Shown here piece by piece: positions 13,066-26,218 of a stretch of 64,000 bases of DNA. The notes below the pieces were generated by a model, which was given only the letters and a program-made list of their open reading frames with translations, made no database searches and was not told the DNA's origin. The DNA comes from Octopus vulgaris (lineage: Eukaryota): positions 48,050,001 through 48,114,000 of the forward strand of contig OX597826.1 in the NCBI GenBank assembly GCA_951406725.2. Reading direction: 5' to 3'. Each line of letters starts with the position of its first letter. Positions within the stretch are counted from its first letter, which is position 1. The translations under genes were made by a program, and so were the position numbers.

Positions 13066-13492
13066 TTTCTTTCTTTTATTCTTTTACTTGTTTCATTCAT
13101 TTGACTGTGGCCTTGCTAGAGTACCGCCTTTAGTTGAGCAAATCGACCCCAGGACTTATTCTTTGTAAGCCTAGTACTCATTGCATCGGTCTCTTTTGCC
13201 AAACCGCTAAGTTACGAGGACGTAAACACACCAGCATCGGTTGTCAGGCAATGTTGGTGGGGGACACACACAGACACACAAACACACATACACACACACA
13301 AACACACACACACACACACACATATACATATATACGAAGAGCTTCTTTCAGTTTCCGTCTACCAAATCTACTTACAAGGCTTTGGTCGGCCCGATGCTAT
13401 AGCAGAAGACACTTGCCCAAGGTGCCACACAGTGGGACTGAACCTGGAACCATGTGGTTGGTAAGCAAGTTACTTACCACACAGTCACTCCC
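13066..13492 (-). mobile_element. SINE A, full length
   Basis: Reverse complement of 41-452. Confidence 0.9.
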
Positions 13493-13859
13493 ACGATGTG
13501 GTAAAATCTTTTTGAAGGCAGTGAGTGCATGATCAAGAATTGTAATACTATCCCATTAGTATTTAAACCAACCATATCCAGCCCAAATATTCTACCTGTT
13601 TTATGTTCAAACCAGCCAGACCTAGCATCTTACACTTAACCTACAATGTCATTCTAAAAATAATCATATCATTGAAATATCAAAGCTATGAGATAATGCA
13701 CAATTAATTCCAAGCATCCTCCATCAATCTTCACCAACTATTTCTAGGAGGGTCATGGCAATAAAGTCATCAAACACATCCTGAATAGGGTCCTATCAGA
13801 AACAACTGTCATTACACTTTCCAGTTAGATTCCCAAGTAGCTGCTCCACCTGAGATTAC

Positions 13860-14105
13860 AATTATTTCATTCTTGATCCACCCCTAGACCACCTGTCAGT
13901 TAGCTCAGCTTGAAGAATCCATCTTGCAGATCTTTCCTGTGACATTTTAATCAAATACTCATAGTACTGGAACCATGATTTCTCAATGCAGAGAAGTAGT
14001 GGTCCAGGCTGGAAAGACTCCTTGATCTCCAAGCTATGTACTCTATTGAGTGACATTACTCCAGCTAGTTTTGGTATTAGTCCAACAGCAAAATAAAACT
14101 ATTGC
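13860..14105 (-). mobile_element. RTE-type LINE RT C-terminal fragment
   Basis: ORF LLLCIEKSWFQYYEYLIKMSQERSARWILQAELTDRWSRGGSRMK matches the L.W.GH..RM...R.....R.RGRPR motif; diverged second copy at 15060-15305. Confidence 0.65.
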
Positions 14106-14130
14106 TGATTACGTTCTAGCATGCCTACAC

Positions 14131-14542
14131 TTACTCTTTTACTCTTTTACTTGTTTCAGTCATTTAACTGCGGCCATGCTGGAGCACTGCCTTTAGTTGA
14201 GCAAATCGACCCCAGGACTTATTCTTTGTAAGCCTAGTACTTATTCTATTGGTCTCTTTTGCCGAACCATATGTTACGGGGGACGTAAACACACCAGCAT
14301 CGGTTGTCAGGTGATGTTGGGTGGGGGGGGGACAAACACAGACACACAAACATATACACATACATATATATATATACATATACACGACAGGCTTCTTTCA
14401 GTTTCCTTCTACCAAATCCACTCGCAAGGCTTTGGTTGGGCCAAGGCTATAGTAGAAGATACTTGCCTAAGGTGCTACGCAGTGGGACTGAACCTGGAAC
14501 CATGTAGTTGGTAAGCAAGCTACTAACCATACAGCCACTCCT
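14131..14542 (-). mobile_element. SINE A inserted into a mariner fragment
   Basis: Flanks CATGCCTACAC and TTGTTGATGAT are contiguous in the mariner at 26410-26432. Confidence 0.85.
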
Positions 14543-14710
14543 ACTTGTTGATGATAACTAAATCAAAACGCCAATTAAAAGTAATCCAGGTCCCATGACA
14601 AGAGACATTGCAGAGATACTCTCCGTATCTCATAGGAACATTGTAAGGCATTTAAAAATGTTTAGATTTATCAATCACTATTGTTCAAGTGCCTTGTAAT
14701 TTCACTGAGA
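14543..14710 (+). mobile_element. mariner fragment
   Basis: Similar to 26420-26582. Confidence 0.75.
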
Positions 14711-14727
14711 CTGTGACTATTATCATG

Positions 14728-15040
14728 GAGGCACAATGGCCCAATGGTTAGGGCAGCGGACTCGTGGTCGGAGGATCGCGGTTTTGATTCCCAGACTGGG
14801 CGTTGTGTGTGTTTATTGAGCGAAAACACCTAAAGCTCCACAAAGCTCCAACTGGGGGTGGTGGTGACCCCTGTTGTACTCTTTCGCCCCAACTATCTCT
14901 CACTCTTTCTTCCTATTTCTTGAGTAATGCTGCGATGGACTGGCATCCCATCCAGCTGGGGGGAACACATACGCCATAGAAACCGGGAAACCGGTCCCAT
15001 GAGCCTGGTTAGGCTTGAAAAGGGCGCATAAATAAAAATA
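14728..15040 (+). mobile_element. SINE C (body type 2)
   Basis: Same tRNA head, then CTGCGATGGACTGGCATCCCATCCAG...AGAAACCGGG and an (AAAAT)n tail. Confidence 0.8.
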
Positions 15041-15059
15041 AAATGTGACTCTTATCCAA

Positions 15060-15305
15060 CTATTTCATTCTTGATCTACCCTTGGCTTCCTGCCAGTTAG
15101 CTCAGCTTTAAGAATCCATCTTGCAATTCTTCCCTGGGACATTCTAATCATATACCCATAGTACTAATACCGTGATTTCTCAATACAGAGAAGTAGTGTC
15201 TCAATCTAGAGAGATTCCTTGATCTCCAAGCTATGCACCCAGTTGAGCATCTTTACCCCAGACAGTTTTCATATTAGTCCAACAACAAACGTGAAACTAT
15301 ATTTG
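15060..15305 (-). mobile_element. RTE-type LINE fragment, diverged copy of 13860-14105
   Basis: Colinear similarity over about 245 nt. Confidence 0.6.
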
Positions 15306-15321
15306 ATTTTAAAATTACACA

Positions 15322-15740
15322 AGCACAGGAGTGGCTGTGTGGTAAGTAGCTTGCTAACCAGCCACATGGTTCCAGGTTCAGTCCCACTGTGTGGCATCTT
15401 GGGCAAGTGTCTTCTGCTATAGCCCCAGGCCGACCAATGCCTTGTGAGTGGATTTGGTAGATGGAAACTGAAAGAAGCCCGTCGTATATATGTATATATA
15501 TATATAAGTGTGTGTGTATGTGTTTGTGTGTCTGTGTTTGTCCCCCTAGCATTGCTTGACAACCGATGCTGGTGTGTTTACGTCCCCGTCACTTAGCGGT
15601 TCGGCAAAATGAGACCGATAGGATAAGTACTGGGCTTACAAAGAATAAGTCTCGGGGTCGATTTGCTCGACTAAAGGCGGTGCTCCAGCATGGCCGCAGT
15701 CTAATGACTGAAACAAGTAAAAGAGTAAAGAGTAAGAGTA
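15322..15740 (+). mobile_element. SINE A, full length
   Basis: Colinear with 41-452. Confidence 0.9.
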
Positions 15741-16152
15741 AGCGTTTCCTAGTTCCAGAAAAGACAAACGGTTGGCCACAGTTATTATTATTATTTCCCA
15801 GAAACCATGGGGGATAAAATTAAAATTTAAGTTCTGCAACACCGTAAATAAAATAAAATAGGTGGGGTGAGGCATTGAGCATAAACCCTTGACAAAGAAG
15901 ACAGATATCATATTATCTTTCTAACACATATGTTCCAGCTGTGACCGTCCTGTATTTTTTCAGATATCACTAGGAGTTCTTTCAGAGCAACTTCTGTTTC
16001 ATTTTTTGTTATTGTTGTTGTTGTTGTTGCTGTTTTTTGTGCTCACACTGCAATCATGCTCTACAGCCGACTTGATGGAACAAGTAAAACATTAAATGTG
16101 TAGATGTGTACTTGATTTTTGTTTTACACACATTTTGCATGCTCACACAAGA

Positions 16153-16320
16153 CGAAGAAGAAGAAGAAGAGGAAGTGGAAGTGGAAGAAGAAGAAGAAGA
16201 AGAAGAAGAAGAAGAAGAAGAAGAAAGTGGAGAAGAAGAAGAAGAAGAAAGTGAAGATGAAGAAGAAGAAGAAAGTGAAGATGATGAAGAAGAAGAAGAA
16301 GAAGAAGAAGAAGAAGAAAA
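16153..16320. repeat. (GAA)n microsatellite
   Basis: Direct inspection. Confidence 0.95.
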
Positions 16321-16757
16321 AGAATATTGATAAGAAAATAATAACAATAATTATGATAATAATAATAATAATGAGAATAGTATTGATAATGGTAATAACA
16401 GCAATAACAACAATACACACACATATACACATAATATTACACATACACATATAAATGTGTTTGCATGCATGTGTGTATGTTTGCACATGTATTCAGTGTG
16501 TTTGTCTGTATAAATGCAAATGTGAATATGGCGTAATGGGGTTTTAAGCTAGTGACAAGCCGAGTGTGCAACCCAGATTTTATATATCTGTTTAAGACAT
16601 TTCACCTGACTTAAACCTGATACCTGGTAGTCTGGTTGTCATCAACAGTCTGCACAGGGATTGACTTTGATACAATTTGACACACTATCCAAATAGGAAA
16701 AAAATCTTCTGTAATGCCCAAATGGTATTTTTCACTCTGTGTATTATAGCATGTGGT

Positions 16758-16793
<36 letters not shown>

Positions 16794-16909
16794 AAGACAG
16801 ACAGATATCATGCATCAAGACAGTTAGGTTTGGTTTAACAGGATAAAAAATAATTCAGCTCATAAAGAAGTGTATATTTGTGTGTGTTTATGTGTGTGTG
16901 TGTGTGTGT

Positions 16910-17168
16910 ATTGTTATATTTGGGGATGGTCATAATATTTTTTGCCAATTACTACATGCACTCTACACTTGGTTTTCGCTTCAGCTTTATTATTATTCAG
17001 GAGGAGATACACGAGAAGGAGAGTCACTGAAGAGGTCACAGGAGGTGTGGCAAAAGATTTCAGACAAAGGGCACTGGAATAAGAATGATAACAAAGCTGA
17101 AGTGAAAACCAAATATATAAAGTGTATGTGGTTAATTACTAAAAATATGACCATCCCCAAATATAATA

Positions 17169-17170
<2 letters not shown>
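16910..17170. mobile_element. Older fold-back insert with a decayed HHR, in (TG)n/(TA)n
   Basis: About 90-nt imperfect arms (TTATATTTGGGGATGGTCATA / TATGACCATCCCCAAATATAA). Internal GTCA-CTGAAGA-GGTCAC-AGGAGGT-GTGGC-AAAA-GATTTC-AGAC at 17023-17065. Confidence 0.6.
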
Positions 17171-17237
<67 letters not shown>

Positions 17238-17472
17238 TATATGTATATATGCATATATATATGCATATATGTATATGTATATATGTGTGTGTATATATAT
17301 ATATATATATATGTGTGTATATATATATATATGTATGTATATATGTGTGTGTGTGTGTGTATATATGTACATGCATATATATGTATATATATGTACATGT
17401 ACATATATGTACATGTATATATATGTATATATATATATTTATATGTATATGTATATATGTATATATATATGC

Positions 17473-17503
<31 letters not shown>

Positions 17504-18169
17504 ACAGAATACAAAAGATGGGACAAGAACACAACAGGCAACAACAAAACATCAAACAGTGGGATGATACAAAAAGGGACATGAAAAAACCAAGGACGGG
17601 TCATTCGGAGTTTTCTTTTGTCAGTCGAGTTCCAGATTATCTTTGAAGCTTTTGCTGGTTATACTCGAAACTGCTCCAATCTGGCCAGCCCAAAGGAAAA
17701 TCTAAGCTAAGAGCACTAGATTCCTTGGAAGAAAGCACCGAATGTATGCAAAAACAAGGACAGGAAAAAGCAGAGAAATGGTACACAAATACAAATGTAA
17801 ACAACAGGACATTAACAACAGGTGTCTTTCGACTAGGGATGAATTAAATCAAGCTGGTGTGTGTGGAAGTGAAGCCCTGTGGCAGGGACATAAGAGATGA
17901 CAGGCATGGGAAGGAATGTAGATGTTGCAAGGATGGTAGTCAAACCAAGAAAGAAAGGTCAGACTTGGCGGAACACAGGTCACGTGGAAGGAGAGGAGAG
18001 AGGTAAAGGGATAGAAGAATTAGGGAGGGACGAGAAAAAAAGAAAATGACATACATACTCATGTACTTGCATGCACGCACACACACACACACACACACAC
18101 AGATATACCCTTCTTTATGAGTTCTTTTTTATCCTGTTTGTTAAGCCAAACTTATCATCTTGTCTTGAT

Positions 18170-18256
18170 ATGGCACCTTGGGCAAGTGTCTTCTGCTAGG
18201 CCAAACAAAACCTTGTGAGGAGATTTGGTAGTTGGAAATTGAAAGAAGCATGTCGT

Positions 18257-18308
<52 letters not shown>

Positions 18309-18533
18309 CTATGTGTATATTTATGTGTGTGTGTCTGTGTTTGTCCACCCTCCATCACTTGACAACCGATGTTGGTGTGATTACATCCCCGTGATTTAGC
18401 AGTTCGGCAGAAGAGACCAATAAAATAAGTAATAGGCTTACAAAGAATAAGTCCTAGGATTGATTTGCTCAACTAAAGGTGGTGCTCCAGCATGGCCACA
18501 GTCAAATGACTGTAACAAGTAAAAGAGTAAAAG
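18170..18533 (+). mobile_element. SINE A, 5' truncated
   Basis: Colinear with about 110-450. Confidence 0.85.
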
Positions 18534-18540
18534 ATTAAAG

Positions 18541-19052
<512 letters not shown>

Positions 19053-19571
19053 CACACACACACACAAAAACACATATATACATGCATATGCATCTTATTT
19101 CTACCTATTCCATGTCTCTCTTCCTATACATGTGTGTGAGTGTATAAATGAAAAAATGCACCATGAATTATATTAACAAAACTATAGAGCAGAACGCAAA
19201 TAATAAATGTCAGACTAACATGGATTACATAATTAAAAAAACAATGCATTGGCTCACAGCTTTTATCGCTAAGAGAATGCAACAGTAATTAGCCATTAGA
19301 GCTGTTTTGTTCTATTTAGTAAAACAATTTAGATAATTAATTTGATTGTGTAATTTGTTTTCTTTTGTCATTTATTATAAACATTTTGCTTTGTACTTTT
19401 GTTGGTGTTTAGGCTGGGCCAGATAGGAAGCTTATTGTGATGTTTTATTGTCTCCTGCTCACTATATATATGGAGGCAAGTGATTATATAATGGTTTATG
19501 TGTAGAGAAATGGCTGTTTGTCTTGCTATGGTTTGGTGGAAGTATGGAGTATTTCAAGTGTATATGCATGA

Positions 19572-19640
<69 letters not shown>

Positions 19641-19649
19641 AATAATAAT

Positions 19650-19749
19650 ATGAGGGAATATTATTCCAAACTTACAGGGAAAAAATTCAATTTAGAAATA
19701 CTAAATCAAATTTCACAAAATATAATATAATATATAAAAAAGGTGTTTT

Positions 19750-19752
<3 letters not shown>
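19650..19752 (-). mobile_element. Terminal fragment related to the 3' end of the 53893-54240 element
   Basis: Minus-strand TTTTTTCCCTGTAAGTTTGGAATAATATTCCCT versus TTTTTTCCCTGTAAATTTGGATTTATTCCCT at 54200-54230; microsatellite-flanked. Confidence 0.55.
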
Positions 19753-19789
<37 letters not shown>

Positions 19790-20024
19790 CTTCTCAACTA
19801 CATGGTTCCAGGCTCAGTCCCACTATGTGGCACCTTGGGCAAGTGTCTTCTACTATGTGTTTACATTGCTGTAAAAGATATATTGCAAGTAAAAGATATA
19901 TGTTTATATTTATATATATGCACACACAAACACACACACACACACATACACACACACATGCAAACACACACACACACACATACGCATACACAAACACATG
20001 CATACACACACATGTATGTATATA

Positions 20025-20057
<33 letters not shown>

Positions 20058-20566
20058 TGTATAAAATGCACATTACACATACACACACATATACACACAC
20101 ACATGCTAACACACCACGCTTGCATTCTCACACTCACATGCATACATACCACATGTGCACAATCATACACACACACACTGAATGAGAGAGAGACAGACAG
20201 ACTGATTGAAAGATTGATAGATAGATAGATAGATAGATATTTGTGTATGTTCACTGCATTTGAAACTGCGAATATACAAAAGAGGACTCAGTACTTAATG
20301 TAGAGTACTTCAGTATATATGCTGGCACAAGATTTTGTGTAAAGTACTTGCTGTGTGTAAAACTCAACAATAAATAACAGGTTGCTATCAGCTTTGTAAA
20401 TAACAGACACACACACAACACACAGTTTATAAATGCACACAGACATATAGGAAGAGAGAGAATGAGAGTGGGGGAAGGAGAGAGACTGACAGATAGAAAG
20501 AGATCTATGTCTATCTGTATCTAATTTCTATACTTGTATATTTATGTCCATCTCCCTCTCTGTGTG

Positions 20567-20872
<306 letters not shown>

Positions 20873-21425
20873 TACACACACACACATACATACATACATA
20901 TACGTGGGGGGTGCATGTCTATGTATATCTATATCTATTCCTCATGCCAAATATACACTCAGTCACTCGCACACACACACATACACACACATACACACAG
21001 TATCAAATATTATACATTTGTTAACAACGACTTGAGATTCTAAAATAATAAGAAATGCACCTATGGGAAATGCGTAACATACTTCTTTCTTACAGCGCTA
21101 ACATGTCAATATTATGTTTAATATTGTTTATATTAAACTCTTAGCAGTTTATTACATGTTCATGTGGTAAATATATATATATAATTGTGTGAATATGTGT
21201 GAGTGTAGAGAGAGTGAGCTTGATGAAAGAGAAATTATATATATATATGTTTATATGTATATGTATATATTTATGTATGTATGTATTTATATATATATAT
21301 ATATATGCATATACATACATATATATATATATATACATAAAAAATTAATAAATAAATAAAACATATGCATATACACATACATATATGTACGTACCTACCT
21401 CTACATGTATATATACATGCATATA

Positions 21426-21610
21426 TGGGTACAGGACAACAAAAAAAAAAACGTCGAACACAATGAGAAACGAAAACATAAACACAAAACCAAGGAAATG
21501 GACATTTTTTTGAAAACGACGAAAAAATAGAGTACAGGACATACAAAACAAGGAAAATTCCCCTTCTTCAGTCGCCTTAATTTCATCTACTCCATGTTTC
21601 GAAGGTCAAA
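21426..21610 (-). mobile_element. Microsatellite-embedded insert with HHR half-motifs
   Basis: Same family as 53370-53554; contains TTCGAAAC and CTGAAGAAGGGGAA but no complete HHR fold. Confidence 0.55.
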
Positions 21611-21821
21611 TATATATATGCATAGAGAGAGAGTGAGAGGTGGGGGAGCAATTATGCAGATAAACGAATTAGATACATTAAATATATTAAATATATTAGA
21701 TATAATAGTTTGGGTATAAAATACAAAATGTGTATATATGTATATATGGAAAACGAGATAAAGCAAATGGTAGAGACTTTGAGATAATGAATTTTTATGT
21801 ATAAATATATAGATATTTATA

Positions 21822-22053
21822 TTATCCCATTAAGTCCCAGAGTACTTAAATTTCTGAATATTACTTTTAAATTTTTATAGATGATTGAAAATAAGTTAAA
21901 ATGAAAAAAAATAATTATTAAAACTCCTTTACTTCAAGTAGAAACGGAAATACTCGGTGTCCTATAAATAGGACACTGAGACAATGTGATATAGCTTATT
22001 TAATGTTCTAATTTAGTGTCCTACTTATAGGACAGTGGGATTTAATCGGTTAA
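21822..22053. mobile_element. piggyBac-type MITE
   Basis: Imperfect TIRs TTATCCCATTAAGTCCCA / TGGGATTTAATCGGTTAA with TTAA-like ends; two internal palindromes GTGTCCTA....TAGGACA. Confidence 0.55.
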
Positions 22054-22216
22054 TAGGTCCAACTTACACAGAGTGCAAACAACAGAGAAAATTAAAGGGC
22101 TGGAAGAAAGGTATCGTAAGCCCAACAGCTGTTTCTGGGGGCTCAGAGATCGATAATTATGTTGGTAGATGTAATTCGTCATAATATTCAACTGCAATGT
22201 ACTTACATATATGTAC

Positions 22217-22295
<79 letters not shown>

Positions 22296-22317
22296 CATAT
22301 ATACATGAACACTTATG

Positions 22318-22458
22318 CTGACATTAGGAAGGGCATCCAGCCATAGAAGCCATACCAAATCAGACTGGAACCTGGTGTAACTCTCCAGCTTACCAGTGTC
22401 AGTCAAACCGTCCAACACATGCCAGCATGGAAAGCAGATACTAAATGATGATGATGAT
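22318..22458 (+). mobile_element. RTE LINE 3' tail
   Basis: ATTAGGAAGGGCATCCAGC...GCATGGAAAGCAGA...(GAT)n. Confidence 0.8.
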
Positions 22459-22633
22459 ATGTGTGTGTGTGAGAGAGAGAGTGTGCGTGTGTGTGTGTGT
22501 GTGCGCGCGCGCGTGCCCCAGTATGGCCACAGTTCGTGTGATGAAACTTGTTCATTTCATATATATATATGTATGTATATTCATACATGTATATAAATAT
22601 ATATATATTTATATGTATATGGGTGTGTGTACA

Positions 22634-22687
<54 letters not shown>

Positions 22688-22689
22688 TT

Positions 22690-22812
22690 TAGAATTTACA
22701 AAAATAAACAGATTTATTAGTTTAATGCTCGACGTTTCGAGCCTATGCTCTTCGACAGAAAGGTACACAGAAATAAACAAGGAGAGGAGATAGAAAAACG
22801 TTTAGTGGCTAT
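22690..22812 (-). mobile_element. Short insert with a variant HHR
   Basis: Minus strand CTTT-CTGTCGA-AGAGCATAGGCTC-GAAA-CG-TC (22762-22731); family of 52892-53047 and 54256-54428. Confidence 0.65.
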
Positions 22813-23059
22813 AAAAATTACCCTTAAGAAACAAAAATACTTTTTTCTGTTTGGCTTAGAAATTGACGTAACCTTTACCTGCCGTCTAAAGGTTTAATGA
22901 CAGTTTCTAATTGGTTGAGATGGCTTAGATTCTGCTTCAAATATGGTTACTTCTGGATCTCGTTCTAGTACCTATGATGTAAAAAAGATGTAGTCTCATT
23001 TCTGATGAACGATTGTCAAGGGTAACTACTTTGCAGTGCTTTAATGTGTTGACTTGATA

Positions 23060-23960
23060 TCATGAGTTGAATTTTTTCTGAAGAATTTGTCTATGACAAC
23101 GGTAACTGGACTATATTTCTGACTTACTGTTCAGTATAATTTTTGTCTAGTTTAGGATCTGGAGTGTCTCTGTCAAACATTGTCTGAGGTTTTGCAGTCC
23201 TTTGTCACAGAGAGCAGCTTTAACAATGATAGTCAGTGTTACTGAAACACATTCTAATGAGCTATGCCTGAGTTCGAAGAGAAATGTGTCAAAGACATGG
23301 AGTTCATGTACTTTGGGTTGTATGAGTGTAGTTGCTGGTAGCATCGTTTCTTAAAGGTTTTCACGGCAAGTCCATGATACTTTCATTACAACAAAGAATG
23401 TTATAGTCACTCTATATACCATCACTTCAGAGAGACACAATTCTACAAGTGAGCACTGGGCTTTCAGCAATTACTACTTTGTTGTTGCAGTGGAATCTTT
23501 CTTGTATGTTTCAGTTCGGGTATGATGTTTTGGAAGCAATAATATTCGAACAAAAATAGCTTTTCTTGAACGTTGACAAATTTTTGTATTTGTGCATAGG
23601 TGGGAAATGTTGTCACACTCAGGATAAGAAATTTCTAGTTGAGTATGTTGGTTGCTATATTCATGCTGTACAGTGGAATAAACCAGATTACCATCTCCCT
23701 AGATCTTCTGTTGCATTGAGGATGTCCCTTCTATAAAAGTTTCTCACTTATGACTCTTCTCACTATTGCATCATTTCAAAAGCAGATGGCTCTATTGAAA
23801 ATTCTTTTACCTGAAAGTGAATTAAAAGTTGCAAGTTATCTAATTATGACTAGGGGATATTGGAATATCAAGATATTTCTGCTTGACTTTCTGTAAGTGC
23901 TATGTTTAAATACATGAGGCTGAAGTAAAGCAAAATGTAATGTTTCAGAAACAACTTTGA
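23060..23960 (-). pseudogene. Decayed Penelope-like element: RT thumb, linker and GIY-YIG endonuclease
   Basis: Frameshifted pieces: STYRKSSRN; VIWFIPLYSMNIATNI; HFPPMHKYKNLSTFKKSYFCSN; CSLVELCLSEVMVYRVT; KYHGLAVKTFKKRCYQQLHSY; KAALCDKGLQNLRQCLTETLQILN..LNSKSE. Confidence 0.7.
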
Positions 23961-24241
23961 AATACCAAGAAAACTAAGTGAAACCCTTCAAAAACGTACT
24001 TCTGTAGAAATAAGAACTTAAAAAATTCTTATGCAAAACCTAATTCTTAAAATTGAACCAATATATGTAGAAACTAAGTCATGAGATTGGAGCAGTATAT
24101 AATAAAAAAAAAATATCTTTGAAATGCTTTGAGAAGCTATGGTTGGGCAAATTCTATGGTAAAACCTCAAGAATGCTAAACCAGAGTATAGACATACAGT
24201 ACATATACAGACATAAATACAAACACATACGTACTCACACA

Positions 24242-24300
<59 letters not shown>

Positions 24301-24435
24301 AGTGAGCGAGGGGTGGGAAGTGGGAGCCACTAGTTTTGATCAATTGAGGACAAATCAATTTGATAGCAGCAACAGACTGATACCATTATCCAGGATTATA
24401 ATATGTGACCATATACTATGTATAGTGTATGTGCA

Positions 24436-24516
<81 letters not shown>

Positions 24517-24702
24517 ATATATATATTTATATTTATATTTATATTTATATATATATATGCGTGCATTTATATATGTATCAATACATACATACATACATAT
24601 ATCTATTACTTTTGGAAGAGTTCGGTTAAATGAACGAAAGCACTACTAAAGAATTACATTATTTATATTTGACGGATATTTGTCCTCATCTTGTTTGTTG
24701 TT

Positions 24703-24748
24703 AACACAACGTTTTGGCTGATATACCCTCCAGCCTTCACCAGGTGTC
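24703..24748 (-). ncRNA. Type I HHR with two core mutations
   Basis: GACAC-CTGGTGA-AGGCTG-GAGGGTATAT-CAGCC-AAAA-CG-TT-GTGTT; helices I and II intact. Confidence 0.65.
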
Positions 24749-24803
24749 TTGGAGAAATTCCGAACCTGGATTCTCATTCCTAAGGTATTTTTCGATGTCG
24801 TTA

Positions 24804-24851
<48 letters not shown>

Positions 24852-24865
24852 CCAGGTCACTGTTT

Positions 24866-24920
24866 GGAATCGAACTTGGAATCTTGGGGTTAGAAGCCTA
24901 CACTCTTAACCACTACGCGA
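24866..24920 (-). promoter_or_regulatory. tRNA-like Pol III internal promoter (A/B box)
   Basis: TCGCGTAGTGGTTAAGAG...AGTTCGATTCC; no acceptor stem, so not a tRNA gene. Confidence 0.65.
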
Positions 24921-25213
24921 CATAGAGTGAATTTTAGGGCTTATAAATCTAATATTTTCCTATCCCTCCTTAATACCAGTTCCTATATGCTACTTATATC
25001 TGCACTCGGTCTGCTTAGGAGGTTGTTGTGTCCTAGCATATGTGCTGTTTCTTTTAGTTTTCGTATTTTCCAGTGGTGTTCTTCATCTCTTAAATGTAGA
25101 ATTGTATTAATAAAGAATTATCTAAATTTTGACTGCATCTTTCTCTCTCTCTCTCTAGTTCTCCCTCTCTCTTTTTCTATATATATACATACACACACAT
25201 ATATATACATGTA

Positions 25214-25265
<52 letters not shown>

Positions 25266-25326
25266 TTCATACATATATACATACATGCATGTACTAAAAT
25301 TCTGACAAATCTTATTTAGTGAAGAT

Positions 25327-25359
<33 letters not shown>

Positions 25360-25975
25360 ACTCATGGAATAAGTCTGTCATGATTGTGAAAGAACTCTGT
25401 AGGACAGTAAAGCAAAACATGCGTATTTTCCCAAAAGGATGTCATGAATATCCTACGTCAGAAACTCAAGAAGACCAAGATGTGTTCAGTGTCTTTGGAG
25501 ACTTAGAAAATGGGTCTGGGATTTTGTATAAGCATCTAGATATACATATGTCTATAATAAATATATATGTGAATCAGTGTGTAAATATGTATTTTTAAAT
25601 ATAATTTTATTTTATTTTTCTATCGTAAACTATGCATGTATGTATACATTTGTACATAAATACAAACATGTATAAACGCTTGTTTTTTTATGTTGAATTA
25701 TATTAAAAACAATTTAACATGAAACTGAAGAATTACTCAACGCATTTTGTAGAGTATAAATTTATTTAGAGTTCAGTTGCGATAAAAGAGGATAAACAGT
25801 GGCTTCGGAGTTTCTGTCTGCAAGCTAAAATTTCAAAATCACTGTCACCCCTCTTCATGTAAAAGTGCAATACATGTGCGTGCATGTGCATGCGTGCATG
25901 TGCATGTGTACACGCGCTTATGTACGTACACACACACATATAAATATACGTAAAATGTTAGGTGGGAACAAATGC

Positions 25976-26030
<55 letters not shown>

Positions 26031-26116
26031 TACATACACACATACATGCATATATGTGTATACATATACATACATATCTATTATGTATCGTATGTCTATA
26101 TATATCATATATATTG

Positions 26117-26193
<77 letters not shown>

Positions 26194-26218
26194 TTATATA
26201 TTGAATATGTATATTTAT

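Larger units (their letters stand above)
24650..25117 (-). mobile_element. PLE 3' end: endonuclease C-terminus, tRNA-like box, (AAT)n and HHR
   Basis: EHHWKIRKLKETAHMLGHNNLLSRPSADISSI*ELVL at about 25085-24965; tRNA-like 24920-24866; HHR 24748-24703. Confidence 0.7.

Noticed and set aside
22856-22910. Hairpin with opposed TGAC/TGAC resembling a SECIS element
   Set aside because: No AUGA, no apical AA, internal loop too small, and it lies antisense to the adjacent PLE
23002-23110. CTGATGA and CTGAAGA boxes on the plus strand
   Set aside because: No properly spaced GAAA or helix I; the second lies antisense to the PLE ORF end
24866-24920. tRNA gene
   Set aside because: No acceptor stem; treated as a tRNA-derived promoter. 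The same applies to all SINE heads.
25460-25525. Possible decayed HHR (CTCAAGA...GAAAATGGGTC)
   Set aside because: Helices I and II do not close flush to the core; too degenerate
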